Assembly (NCBI GenBank): GCA_040954595.2
Contig: CM082583.2
Span: 5,640,849-5,704,848 of the forward strand
Source of the DNA: Balanoglossus misakiensis
Lineage: Eukaryota; Animalia; Hemichordata
Direction of reading: 5' to 3'
Length of the DNA: 64,000 bases
The position numbers and the translations under genes are program-made. The notes beneath the pieces were generated by a model, which made no database searches, was not told the origin of the DNA, and saw only the letters and a program-made list of their open reading frames with translations. This document shows positions 13,746 to 26,729 of this stretch, piece after piece (the stretch's first letter is position 1; the number at the start of each line of letters is the position of its first letter).

Positions 13746-16700
13746 GAAGTTTCTTGACCTCCAGTCTTTCTCTTGTGTAGGCTTGATCAGAATGTGTCGC
13801 CTCCTTCGACGTTTGCTCACGCAGACTCCATTTTCTTATAGTACTCCTATAAGGCAGTAAGGGAAGAGAGGATGATAATCCCGCTCAAACCATGTTTTCT
13901 TTATCTATACGCCTGCAGACATCAACCGGGGATCGGAAAACAGACATTAGTTGTGTACCATTTTAAGGATGGAGATTAGATAGTTTATCGTCTGAAGTTA
14001 GTTTTTCGTTGGATAAGATTCTTCATGAACGGTTATATGTCATCGTGCCAATCACATACATTGTACATGCCAGACAAGGCAACTAGCTGCACGAATCAAA
14101 TAAAAACCCTGGCTTTGCATGTTCTACGCCAAATTGGTTCCGTATACGTCAGTGCATGTGCTTAATAGGCAAGACTCATGCGCGCCACTTTCGCAATAAA
14201 TTTACTCCACTCGGATGAGATGATTCGCATCCAATTTAAATCACCACACTCCGAGATCATTTGCGGAACAGGCTTTAATTATAGAAGAAACCATTTAAAA
14301 AGACTGTAATAAAGACCCATGATATATTTCACTCGAGATGTTACTTGTGAAAGAGTGCCGTGAACTGATGTAAATGTTACTTTCGAGTTTTCCAGAGGAA
14401 TGCCCCTGCCCGTCTTTATTTTTCTGAACCATTTCGTCAGTACAAAAAAAATTCAGACCTACAGATTGCGATTTTCCATATAACAGAAAAAGAGAGCAGA
14501 ATAATTTATGATGATGACTCGAGAAATATCTTTAACGCGCCAATTGCAGCGACAACTGTTACGCTGAAGTGAAAAAAATGACTTACTTCCGCACTTTTTC
14601 GATGTTATATCCTTTCATGCTTTGTTAGTTAAAGCATCATTGAATATGTTTAAAACCACTTTGTCGAACATACAGTACTTGAATTGTCACAAAAACATGA
14701 CGCAAATAGTTCCAGAACGCCTTGATTCATTGTTCGCTTTTGGCACATAGACAATGCAGTGTGCGCTTCTGCTTGTTAACGAACCAGCCTGTTCAGTGTT
14801 ATTTGGAAACGTGGTAGTAGGTTTTCAACGATTGGATTATTTAGGAATATATGTGGTACAACTGTCACAGTACCATATTCAGTGAAAGCCGGGTATGGTG
14901 CATGCATATAGCATTAAGTCTCTATATACTAGACGTATACATATACATGTATATCACATACTTTGGTGTGTGCCACACTGTGCGTGGTGCCCCCCCCCCA
15001 AAAAAAAGTGTTGGCACTCAGTGAAGGAACTTGTACCGTTCCTGTTTGGTTTTGTCAGTTATCGCCATTTCATAGATGTTTCCAACTCATATCATACTGG
15101 ACAAGTTTACAGCGCATAGCCACATGTGCACGCACATGTATGTTGGTCATTTCTGTGTACCGATGTCGACGTTGATAATGTAACGAAACGTGTGAACGCC
15201 CACGGGCGTCACAATGATAATACACGTAGTGCTCACAACTAATAGTTGTACGCACTCGAAAAAAACCGAAACGAAAAAGAATGTTGTGGTTAAGATTACT
15301 TCGTCTTCCTCTGCTGAACAACGTCACCAGCTTGCTGATCTCGTCTGGCTGTGACGAGGCATTTGACTCTGCAATCGTCCCGCGTCAAGCGTGTTACGTC
15401 AGAACTCGTCGACAATTTCCCGATAACCGACCATTTTCAAGCAGTGATGCGGTGTATAAATTTTCGACCTCCCACACTTTCGATGATTCCGAAGCTGTCC
15501 TCACCAGCCTCTGGGGTCAAGGCGCACAAAATTAATCTAACTTGCTGTTCCTACAGAATAAATTTCAACCGTAACCCTGGGTTGGCAATTCGAAAATGTG
15601 ATCAATAAATCGTGGTTTGAGAAATTAGAAGGCCAGCCTTTGATTAATTTCATTTGTTCAGGTGAATAGAAGCCTCGGAGGTGAAGGAAGCGAGGTCGTA
15701 AATTCATCTCCGTCTCTGAAATATGAAAACATTCACCCCTCTTTAAATGTTTGTATGAGATGAGAATAAAGGCCCATATTTCTTGACGAGGGAATGTCTA
15801 TAGAGATAAACAATATACCCTTTGTCTGAGTCAGCTATGCAAAACAGGTATACCCCTTTAAACAATAAACCAATAAATATCAGACTTTCGTTTCATTTCC
15901 CGACTAATTGTTTTTGCTGCAGTGCAGGACGTTGGAGTTTTACATAAATATCAATCGATTATGACTTTTCAGGTCTTTAACAAATCTGTTTTATCTTTTG
16001 TCTAAATGTACAGACATTGTCGGCGTCCAGACAGAAAGTATTGAACGAGTAAATGATTTAGATGGAGATTGATGTCAGAGATTCACCATTTGGGCAATAG
16101 ATATAGATATCATGTTCTTAGTTATGTGTATACCGAGTCCACATAGACACACAGGAGCGTGGTGTTTTGGCAAGTAAACATTCATTTTATGTTGTGGAAT
16201 TTTGTATCTAATACCGCCCCGAAGTATGCGGAACACATAATAATTAGCATCTATGACTATTTCAAATTCTACGGTCAATCAGGATTCTACCCGCGAATGA
16301 ACTGAGCCGGTGATGAATTAATTTGCGCCTGACTGTATGTATGTACTTCCTGATGTTTTGAGCAATAGATTCCTGTGAACGTCACTGAACGATCGTGTGC
16401 AGTGTACAGATGTTGGCGCTTTAGGAATAAGCGTCCGGGGTGAACCACGGGCGGCATTACGACATCTCAGTGGAACAATAATGCAAGATTGTCTTCTGGT
16501 TGATTTCGCAATATTACCCAATGCGATGTTTGTCTTAGATTGAACGGAAACAGATCTTGGACAGTTACGACGGCACTGTAAAACCTGATTGCTGATAAAA
16601 ATCGGGATGTGTTCAGCGGGGCTGTGATTGAGCTGAATGTGATAAATCCACGGTTTAAGGACTGAGCGCTTTACCGAATATCCAAGTGGATACTCAACAA

Positions 16701-19380
16701 TTGCCAACTGATGTTGTATGGAGGCCCGGCAAAACATATAGGAGTCGACTGTTAAGTTTTTGACATATTGATCAGCCAAGCGTTTCGTGTATGCATCTTA
16801 ATTGTAAAAAGTGACAGTCATTTCATTACCCCCATCTAATTGTACAGGAATGTGGTAGAAGCTATAGATGTGGACTGAACATGCTCCCGACCGTTGAAAT
16901 TAGCAATCCATTGTTATCACAAAGTTAATTGTCCTAATGAGGATTGTATCTAGAGAGACGGGGGGGGGGGGGGCGGTGTGGGGGGGGGGGCGACTAGCCT
17001 GTACCCACGCGATTTTAATAGCTATTATTTGTAGGTTATTTAATCCGACACAAAACGGTGACATAGTACATGTAATTGAAATATCTCTTTGAACTGCATT
17101 GAGTTCCAGGTTGTCTCAATGGCAAAAACCCTGCAGTGACAATTTCGGAGAGACCTCGCGATATCCTTGATCCCAACTGCGCTTTGCTGTTGGCAAAAAA
17201 ACGCATGATTCTAAATTCGCGGAGGATCTAGACCATTCCCACGATGCCCCGATACCAGATACTCTGCCGCGGCTGCAGCTTTTGAACGCGTGTCAATGAG
17301 AACGTCAAATTGCCCTGTGCTCTGAAACGCGATATTTTTAGGATGTTGCACGTGAGCTCTTTCAGCCCAGCGGATGAGCAATGAACTTGAATGATATATA
17401 ACGACAATTCTGCATTCGCAATTGAACTGTGGCGACGGTACTAAGACTTCAGTGAACGTGAATCTCCTCCAACCCCCCCCCCCCCCTAAATACAAAATGT
17501 TGAGTAAAACGTGTTTCGTCGACCATGTGATTAGGAAGAAGTAAATATGCAGAGGTCCAATTATGATGATAAATGGAACAGATAAAAAAAGCAAGAAACC
17601 TTACCTGGCCACACCTAGGCTAGCAAAACTGTCACCACATCGTTCGATTGTATCAAATTACTTCATATAAAGTATTCCGTGTTGAAATATGAGCTGGGTT
17701 GAGCTTGAGCCGACAGGCCTGTCTTAAAAGTAGAGGTGAATGTCATCCATGTATGGTCACGATTTAACATGGCTTGTGGGCAACAGGTCATTATCCAAGC
17801 CAAGCTCTTTCCATGCTATTAGTGCGCTACGCATGCACTTGAAATAACAAGAGCAGAAGCCTCTCCCACTCAACAGTTCAATCTTGCTCCATCGCCGGAA
17901 AAAGAAATCGCCAGCACCTTGGAATAATTCAATACATTCGCCTATTGTTTTCAACCACGATTAATGCTAAAAATGCTAGCCTACTAAAAGGCTCCCTTTT
18001 CTCTGGTGAAAGTGGGGATGTCCCTACAACTGAAAGAAATAAAAAGTCCAAGCAGAAAACCAGTAATCAAAAGGAATAGTAGATCTTATTCTAGTTGTGG
18101 GATTTGATTGAATTCTTGTCAGCTAGTTGCGTTGGACGTCAAACACGATTTATTTTGTTAACTGAGACGTTGTCGCAGAATGTCCTGCATATAGAAGTTT
18201 CAGCGGATGGTAATTCCAGTTTTAGTGATTATTTGCTCTTGCTTCCATAAAGTTAACAGAACATGACCAGCGAATTTGTTCCTTCGCGGGTAAACCAACG
18301 AACCAATGAAAAAATTAAGTAAACGGCTATTAAAATCAAGAACACCCTGATGGTTATGTGCAAAGATCATGTCAACACAGTCTGGCAAAGGTGACAAATG
18401 CACGAGCAAGGTTGACTGTACTCACATAGTGGGATACCAGGTGGTGCATCTTTTGCGCATGTGCACACTCACTCACGGTCCCTGTCGAGTGAATGATGTG
18501 CCCGTCTTTCTTGTTAATTCCCCGAGTGTGCCATGAAATTGACGCAGAATTTGTACCTGGTGCTGCTCTTGAGTTTTTTTTCTGAATTACGTTTGCGCTT
18601 TCCACACACTTGGCAAATTGGAAATCAGGGGAGAATATACAGCGGGCATTGAAGCGGCTAATCACCCTCTCCGTTGGTTTATTATTTATAGCGCACGATT
18701 CCCTCAACCAAAATGTATGCATCAGGCCGTTCTATACACGGCGAACGCAGAGCACGATAAATCACATGGGTATGTCAAACCTGGGAAATTCCACCAGGAA
18801 GGGAAGTAACAGAAATCACCGAGATTTGTGCTGAATCATGATACAAGCATAGATTGTATGTCTTGATTAATCCAACGATTACATCTTGTGTACTGAAAGC
18901 AAAATCTAATCACCAGTTATTGTTATTTTTTAATCTGCTGTGTGTTGCCCACAAAAGATGTTTCGTGCACTCTTATGATTGCAGGGCTCATCAATTCGAG
19001 AAATGTAAACCTTGCAGCTCTCTGTGTTCATAAATTAATAGTCTTCTCCAAATGGAAGCCATTACGGGTCATTTCCTTGAAATAAATTTGTGCGAGGGTT
19101 AATAAATCATGTGAAAGATTGTAGGATTGGGAATGCGAGGCAGTACGGAAAAAAAATACTTTGTGAGATTACATGACAGTTTTTTCTTAAAATGTCTCCC
19201 TGGTATTTGCCGTGGAAGCTCGACTCTCTTTCGTTGTTTTCAGAAACGGCAGTGATGGATCCAACTCAATTCTAAGGTGTTTCCAACAGTTTTGATACAT
19301 GATGAGGCATTGCTGTGCGAATACTGACAAATGCTATGCTATGCTATGTTTACAAAGAATAATACGTACATACAGCTGCA

Positions 19381-19632
19381 CATGCATGCATGCATGCATG
19401 CATGCATGCATACATACATACATACATACATACATACATACATACATACATACATACATACATACATACATACATACATACATACATACATACATACATA
19501 CATACATACATACATACATACATACATACATACATACATACATACATACATACATACATACATACATACATACATACATACATACATACATACATACATA
19601 CATACATACATACATACATACATACATACATA
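19381..19632. repeat. Compound microsatellite (CATG)7(CATA)56
   Basis: Read directly; produces all the YIHT/MYVC ORFs at 19299-19754. Confidence 0.99.
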
Positions 19633-20373
19633 AAAACGTAAATATTATTTGGATTCGACCTCAGTCTCCAGTAACTGTGGTAATAGTTGTAATACCTTGG
19701 CTTACGCGCGTCCTCATGTAGAAAAGACCCCAGAAGAAGAAAAAAACCTGACAAAATTGAGATGTTTTGAGATCGTTCCTAAATTAAAGCAACGATATTC
19801 AAAGCTGCCAGCGGCGGTTTATGTTCTCTACAATCTACCTAGGTATCTTCTGTCAGACCATTTTGCCCGTTGGAGCAATTCTGCGTATTCGACAGTGTTC
19901 TCTTTTTACGGCGAGAATAGATTAAGAACTTAAAGGTGGGATTTGGAATGACAGCGGCTCGTACGATGAGATTACTCGTAGGCGGCTTTTAATTTGTCTC
20001 GATGAAATGAAACTCGTGAGCGCGATTACAGTTTAGGGTCAGCCGAACGTGCGGGAATTTATCGATCTCGGGGAACCACTCTAATTGCTTGTACTAACAG
20101 GTTGGCAGATGTGCGCGTGGGTCGAAGCGAAAAGGGTTCAAAGTTGGCAACCTATTGCCACGTGATTAAACGATTGTCTCTGGTGATAACAATACGTAAA
20201 TGCAACGGTTATCCGTTGCTGATAGTTGCGTTTATCTTTATTAACATTTCATGTAGTGCAAACCGCCACGACAGCAATAAAATAACGCCTGTACATCGAA
20301 ACAGTTCACGACTATTCCTCGCCCAATACAACACAAGCAACTTACCAAGCTGACTTTGCTTATTTTCTTGTAG

Positions 20374-20560
20374 GTTTGCAACCACCCCCGAACTTCAGTA
20401 GTTGGGCCCAATGGTTATAGAGTTATACCGTCAACCGGGTTCAGGTATCACGCCACCAACGATAGCAGATCTTCACAACTTGTTCTACCGGCTCTGCGAG
20501 CATACGACCCGCTGCTGCATTCCGTGCTGGGGGACCGAGAAACGCTGCGTCGAAGAGGAG
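20374..20560 (+). other. Candidate 187-nt internal exon
   Basis: CTGAC branch point ~20 nt upstream, tttgcttattttcttgtAG acceptor, GAG|GTAGGT donor; GC-richer than flanks; phase-0 frame open. Confidence 0.4.
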
Positions 20561-21935
20561 GTAGGTAGACTCGTTTTTAAACATCGTATCGCTAGCTAAA
20601 TGCGCACGCGGACCTGCTTTGCATTAACGGTGTTTGATGTGCCGCTTTAATCGTGGTGTTTACTCGTGGTGCGCGCTCGATGCGGACTGGGAACCCCGGC
20701 CGCCAAAGCAGCTCCAAAGTTGCATTGCGTAAAATCGCCAGACGAGTTTGTCGTTCCTGTCACAATCGAAGATGACGTTTGGAGGCCTCGCTTTTTTAAG
20801 GTCGCATCGGATTCGCAAACATGTCTTGTACGTTTCACTCTGTAACATGAATTATTCAAATACCGCTTGTACTGAACCAGAAGGGTAGTGTTTTTGTGTG
20901 ATAGGACTTTAGGCAGCGGCAGCAGAATGAAAAAAACAACGGCCAGCAAATTAAAAGCCCTGACGAGACGCCGTCCACACCCCGTACTCGGCCGATTAAG
21001 CTTCGAACAATATTTTCGCTCTCGTAGAACGCAGCTCTGTTGACGAATCAATTTGGCTATTTCTTTCCTTGATATATAATTATTTATATATTTTTGCTGA
21101 TTTTTATCTGTATTCGACTGATTCCGCACTGAAGTATTGAAATAGGGATTATGAGTTTAAATTTATTGCCAGTTTGTCATAATACTTAATCGCAACGCTG
21201 AAAGGAAGCTCTTAGTCCTTCCCCCTTTATTTCGTGAAAAGGGGATATTGTCCCATGACCGGTACCCAGGTGACCGTACTGGTGTCGCGGCTTGACACGT
21301 GATCAGGCTGAAACAATGTTTTCCATGGCGATGCGGAACGGCGCGTCAGTACTGCCTTATTGTGATGCTGTCAAGTCCGACTTTGACAGAATAATTGTTC
21401 TGGCGCAGGAGATTCCTGGTTGTGACGAATTAACGTCAGATTGTTTATATTTAGGTGGTACGCATAGTCATCAATATGTATGAGGAACACAGCTGTCATT
21501 CCCCTCACATCCAAGGTGCTAAATCATAATCCCGACTTCCTGTACCAAAATAATCGTCTTTACTTTACATCCAGGTCCCTTTTTATTGTAGACTGAAACA
21601 CGAGACTAGTTGAGAACAAAATACAAATTTGTCGTAAATAAAATATCGTTATCGAGAATGTGCAAGGATTTCCAAAAAAAATATCTGTGATTCTAAATTT
21701 CCGTTACTATAAGCTTATCTGTTACGGTGGCAAAAAAGTTTTGTACATGGCAGTCAGTATTTGGTGAAGCTGAAGTCGCGACCGTGGTTTAAGGCACCCT
21801 CCACACACTATACAAATAATGTGTTCATAAAACATGAAATAGACAACAGATGATAGGGAAATGGATTTAACAAAGTAATTTTTGTCAGTGTACTTTACAT
21901 TAACTGTACCGAAGAGATAGCATGAACGGAGATAA

Positions 21936-21995
21936 AAATGGGCTCCAAGCCACTGAGTATAAACTATGTATGTTAATTAATAGCTCGCTGTACAA
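21936..21995 (-). mobile_element. Possible CR1-group LINE ORF2 relic
   Basis: LYSELLINIHSLYSVAWSPF resembles the post-RT CR1 motif LYxxLVRPxLEYxxxVWSP; short and degenerate. Confidence 0.25.
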
Positions 21996-23552
21996 TATAC
22001 AGGTATGACAAATTATAGGTTTGACATGTATAAGGTTGAACAATTTCTGAATAACAGAACACTTTATACATCTGATAGAGAAACATTTCTTTGATTTAGG
22101 GCAACTATGTACATTAATTAACATCGACTTCTTTTATCGAACGCTTAGCATAATGGGCGCTTTGCATATTTGCACCTATAACAAACTTTATAAATGAGTG
22201 TCTTTGAAAAATACACCTTTCTAAAATTCAACACATTTTGTTTTCAACGATAGCTAAGGTAGGGCAATTTTTTGCACGGAGACTATAACAACGAATGTTG
22301 TGAATTTCTTTTATTGAAACGTTGACATTAGTTACATCCCTGTATTATATATAAGCTGCCTTACCACTCAACCAAAGGTCGCTATTTTGCAATCGCCAAG
22401 CATTTCTTTTGAATCGACCAGCAGCCTTAGGGAAAAGCCTCAGGGATTTCTCCGACGAAATCTATAATTCCAGTGTGCGTTGTTGTGTTACCATGGTTTC
22501 CACACACTAAACTGTGTAGCAAAACAGGGAATGCCATTTATGATGATGAGTAGATCTCAAAACCAACACCTTCTGTACTTATTTTCATGACCTTTCACAC
22601 TTTTTGGGACAAACGTCTGTGAACATTACAGACTGTAACACTATTAATACCGCCTCGACGCCATCTTATACATGTATATCTAATCTTATATATCTAACCT
22701 CTCTATTAAGGACATAGTTTTCAAGACAGAGATTTTAATGCCGAGTATACAATTATTTTCTTTACAATGATATAGTACAATCATATGTGTTTCTCTTTTA
22801 TTGTTTGTGCACAAAAAGCGATAAGGTTTCCTATTTCCTCTTAACGCAATGTTTAGAGGCCTAAGTTTGTTACGGATGCCATTATATCGAGTGAATTCCC
22901 CGTGAGAGCCCGGCGAACGCACAAAAATAATATTTGTCTTCTATGAGATGTGTCAAGTACCAATCAAGAGGCGTTATATAGCATAATTTGTCTGTATCAT
23001 TTACATGATAGTTGCTACACATTTAAACAATCTTGTTTTTTTAATACCCGAGACGAAACGAACATATATACCGGAAAACCCGTTACTTTTCCCAGAAAAG
23101 GCCTTTGTTTTTGATTCTGGTATCATATTTGAAATAGTGCACATACGTGTAAACTGAATCGCAAGAAGAATTAGCATAGCGCCAAAGAGGGTAGGACAAT
23201 GCAAGTAACCTATTTCGCGATGTGGTGCTTTTGAAAGCAGAAGGCGTAGCGGCGGAAATCGAACAAAAAGTGTATTGACGGGCGCACGTCTTGTGTTGAC
23301 ATTTCAGTAGGAGCTATTGATCGAAGCCGTCAAAGAAACGAAAATGTGGATAATGAGCGGTTGGGAGAGTGAAATCAAGTCCAATAAAAAGGTTGGACAA
23401 ATATCTGAAAACCCCACACGTGGGATGTTCTCTGCGCCAGCGTAAGAATTATAACGCATTATGAAAAGCGTGATTTATTCCCTATCTAGCAATCAATACT
23501 GGAATCCCAGACTAATATTTCCCAGGCAGTCCGTGCTAGCCCTGTTCATCTG

Positions 23553-23708
23553 TAACATAACATACACGTAACATGATACGTCATGGCAAAAACAACATAA
23601 CATAAATAACATAACGTGAAGAATAGAACGAAGTAAAATAAAACAAAGCAAACAGAACCAAAAGAAACAACACAAGACAAAACAGAAAGAACGCAACGGC
23701 AGGGAACA
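23553..23708. repeat. Degenerate pentanucleotide array drifting from (AACAT)n to (AAAAC/AAGAC)n
   Basis: 5-bp periodic A-rich units with extreme strand skew. Confidence 0.75.
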
Positions 23709-24744
23709 TTAATGTAGTTGGAAATGTTATCCTAGCCTAGGTACAAAATCTCCATGATCCAACGGAGCGACTTACTCTTCTAAAATGTTCAATTTTTGTG
23801 AATACGCCAAATCTCTTGCCCAGGGGCACAAGCGTATCTTAATCAGATTTCCATTAAAATTACATGAATGATGATGCAGTCAGAGCGGCCTGTAACAAAG
23901 CATCCACGATGCAGCATGGCTCTTAAATGTCATTAATACCTTACAGACCAGCTGTGGTGACATGACGGGATAAATTAAGGATAGCACCGTATGCGGGTAG
24001 AAATCCAAGGCAATTAATTAACTGAAATAGACGGACAAACAGACAGATACACGTACGCAGAAAGATAAGTCTTTATCTGGGGAGTTTAAAACTTATCTCG
24101 AATAAGCAGAAATGTATAATAGAACAAAGATGCTCCGAAAAAATGTGGCTCCAACAATCAATCCTTGTTTAATTGCACAAAAGTCAATCAGAGAGAAAGT
24201 CAATAGGCTATAGATGCGTATACTATGATTAATTTTGACATTTTGTATAGAATGTGGAAACAGTACAGAGTGAAGTGGCTTTTGCTGCCCTTGTGATCGC
24301 GGCAAAAAAGTCATAATAAGACATTTACCTAGCTGCAAGTAAAATCCGGCTCGTGAGAGATTAAAGTTTAGATACGACAGAACTCTAAAACCACGCAATT
24401 CATATACATGTACAGTGTCCTGTTCCCCAACCGCGTGACGTCTGTCTCGTACTGCCAAATCGGTATAAATGCAATGACCTTCAGGTGTATGCAGGGTCAT
24501 TTCATACGGAAGAAAAAAACGAATCAACCGAAACAAAAGCAGACTGTCGTGTATTGCGACAGGGTTATCGCAATTTCAATCTATATGTCTACGTCATCGT
24601 GTCTGCACAAACTACAGAATCAGAAGTCAGCCGCGTGCGATGTAGATGCGCACACCCTTCGGAGACGTATTTCTTTAAATGTCACAAGAATATTGAAATC
24701 GACGTTTTCCCCCTCATTTTGGGTGACCTCTGGCAAGTCGACCA

Positions 24745-24760
24745 GGCGCCGCAGTGTCTG
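24745..24760 (+). promoter_or_regulatory. BMP-responsive Smad1/5-Smad4(/Schnurri) composite element
   Basis: GGCGCC-gcagt-GTCTG is an exact match to GRCGNC(N5)GTCTG. Confidence 0.4.
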
Positions 24761-25541
24761 CGACTCCATAGAATTCTACTTCGCTGAATTCTCCTCACGC
24801 GAGACAAGTTACGGACTCTGAAACGTTCCATTGAAGAGGGCATTTGAAGAAGTTGCGTGTTCAAAATTCGCAGGCAACTCTGGCCGTGTCTCTCGTGTGA
24901 GAACGGCGTGAATGCATGCGCTAAACGCTGTAAAACACTCTGGTTTCGGTCGCAACAATTAACCAAATCGGTAGTTTCCGTTTTCTTTCATTTGCGAGAG
25001 AAAAATGTTTTTGATTGACGCGAGTAGCGACGGCCATCACACTGGCGGGCTATTCTGTAGAACTAATTTCATGATTAAACGTTAAAAGAATTTACTACAC
25101 CTGTTTGGAATAGCTCAATAGACAACGTGCCGAACTGTGCTGTGGCTTAATCACCGCAATACGTTCCCGTTTCCCGTGATTGCCTTGGCGTTTTGGAAAC
25201 TCCTGACAACTTGGTCGCTTTTCATCGGCGGAGGCAATAATGTTCTCAGGGAGAGTTATTACGCCATAGAAAAGTTCCTGGCGCCGAGCACGTACCAAAT
25301 GAACATCCGAGTTGGCTTCAAGGTGCGTGTAAATTTTCGCTAAACGCCACTTTTGGTCGCGCCTCGCCTTTGTACTCTCGACAGTCGAGTCACCATATAA
25401 ATCTTATTACGTCAAATTGGATAAAAATGGAACCTGTCAACAGGGGCCGAGTTTCTCCAAGGACGCGGGGCTTTGTGTAACCCCGCGGAAGATATATTTG
25501 CGAAAATAAGTCGTTTTTAGCTCCATTGTTATAGTCGGTTC

Positions 25542-25660
25542 CCAATCAATGTCACGTGACTACCAGAATACAGATTTATACTTTCTGACTCGATGGAATG
25601 CACGCCCTTGGATAAAAGCTTGGGCAGAGGCAAACAGCAATGAAAAAGCCAGTGACGTCA
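25542..25660. promoter_or_regulatory. Promoter/enhancer-like motif cluster: CCAAT, GTCACGTGAC E-box (USF/TFE type), CRE
   Basis: CCAAT 25542-25546, GTCACGTGAC 25551-25560, TGACGTCA 25653-25660 in CpG-rich surroundings. Confidence 0.35.
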
Positions 25661-26654
25661 GACTAAAAGCGTTAGATTAAGCTTTGATGCACACGTTTCG
25701 AACGACGTGACGTTAAGTACATGTATGCAATATTCTCCGGAACACAGTCGGAAGACAACATGCAAAACTTGAATACACCCATCATCCAACTTGGAATAGG
25801 GAAATCCTGGTTTGAAACACTTCTATCATTTTTTGAAATGGTTTTATCGAGTTTCAAAAGCAGGTTTTAAATCTGGCAGCATGCCAGTTCTTGGTGACTC
25901 ATTGAAATGAACGTTCTGAAATGATGGCGCATTTAATAAATTAAGCAATACTTGTCGCTCGCAAGAATTGAAAAAACAACAACCGACAGACAAAACGTGC
26001 ATGTTCATGCACACTATTAACACTTCAGGGCTGCATAGAAAAACATTGATGGCAATAATTCAACATTTTAGTACTAAAATGCGAAATGGGGTTGTAAATA
26101 TTTCATTATGTCATTTTATGAAACAAGTAAACGGAGCAGAAAAAGTAACTATCATTTTTTTTATTAATCTCTTAACGACTGTTACCAGGAAATCCGTACT
26201 CGTTATTTGACAAACTGCCTGCTTCCGGCGCTCGAACCATTTCGACTGGACTACCTAATCAGGTGATAACGTTTTACGCCTCTTCGGCTACAACACATAA
26301 GGACTTTATAGGGCATATGTGCCAGATAGTAAACCAAAGCGTTGTTTTTTTTACTCCATTCCTTCGAATGTTTATTCACGAACAGGTGCGCATAAATTAA
26401 GAAAGGAAAGCGCTGTGATATACTTGACATGGTCAGTCGCTGCCTCAGTTCTGGAATTGTTAGTTTTGAAAGACAAGCGCTCTGACGCGGGATGACGAAA
26501 GTTGCCAGGTGTGTCGAACGCGACCATACGCCGTAGTCGCATCGCCTTTCCATTCAGACGCGGTTTTATTTACAAGATTGTCTTTGTCGGTAAGCTCACG
26601 AAATTGTTCTCCTGTATTATATTTTCCTCCTGTGCTTTAGCAAAGACAGGTCAA

Positions 26655-26729
26655 CATGTACATGTATGCATGTATGTGCGTATGTACATGTACATGTACA
26701 TGTACATGTACATGCATGTATGTGCATGC
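26655..26729. repeat. (TACATG)n and related alternating purine/pyrimidine array
   Basis: tgtacatgtacatgtacatgtacatgtacatg core with ATGT/ATGC flanks. Confidence 0.9.

Noticed and set aside
14811-14830. let-7-like GGTAGTAGGTT
   Set aside because: Seed mismatch (GTGGTAG rather than GAGGTAG), divergent 3' half and no hairpin seen.
17600-17612. CTTACCTGGC resembles the U1 snRNA 5' end
   Set aside because: No U1 body follows; it is simply a minus-strand splice-donor-like site.
19299-19754. Multiple overlapping ORFs (YIHT/MYVC repeats)
   Set aside because: Artefacts of the stop-free (CATA)n microsatellite.
24093-24536. KCLIMTF motif resembling the C-terminal part of a LINE RT
   Set aside because: Too few conserved residues; no YADD or YLG neighbours.
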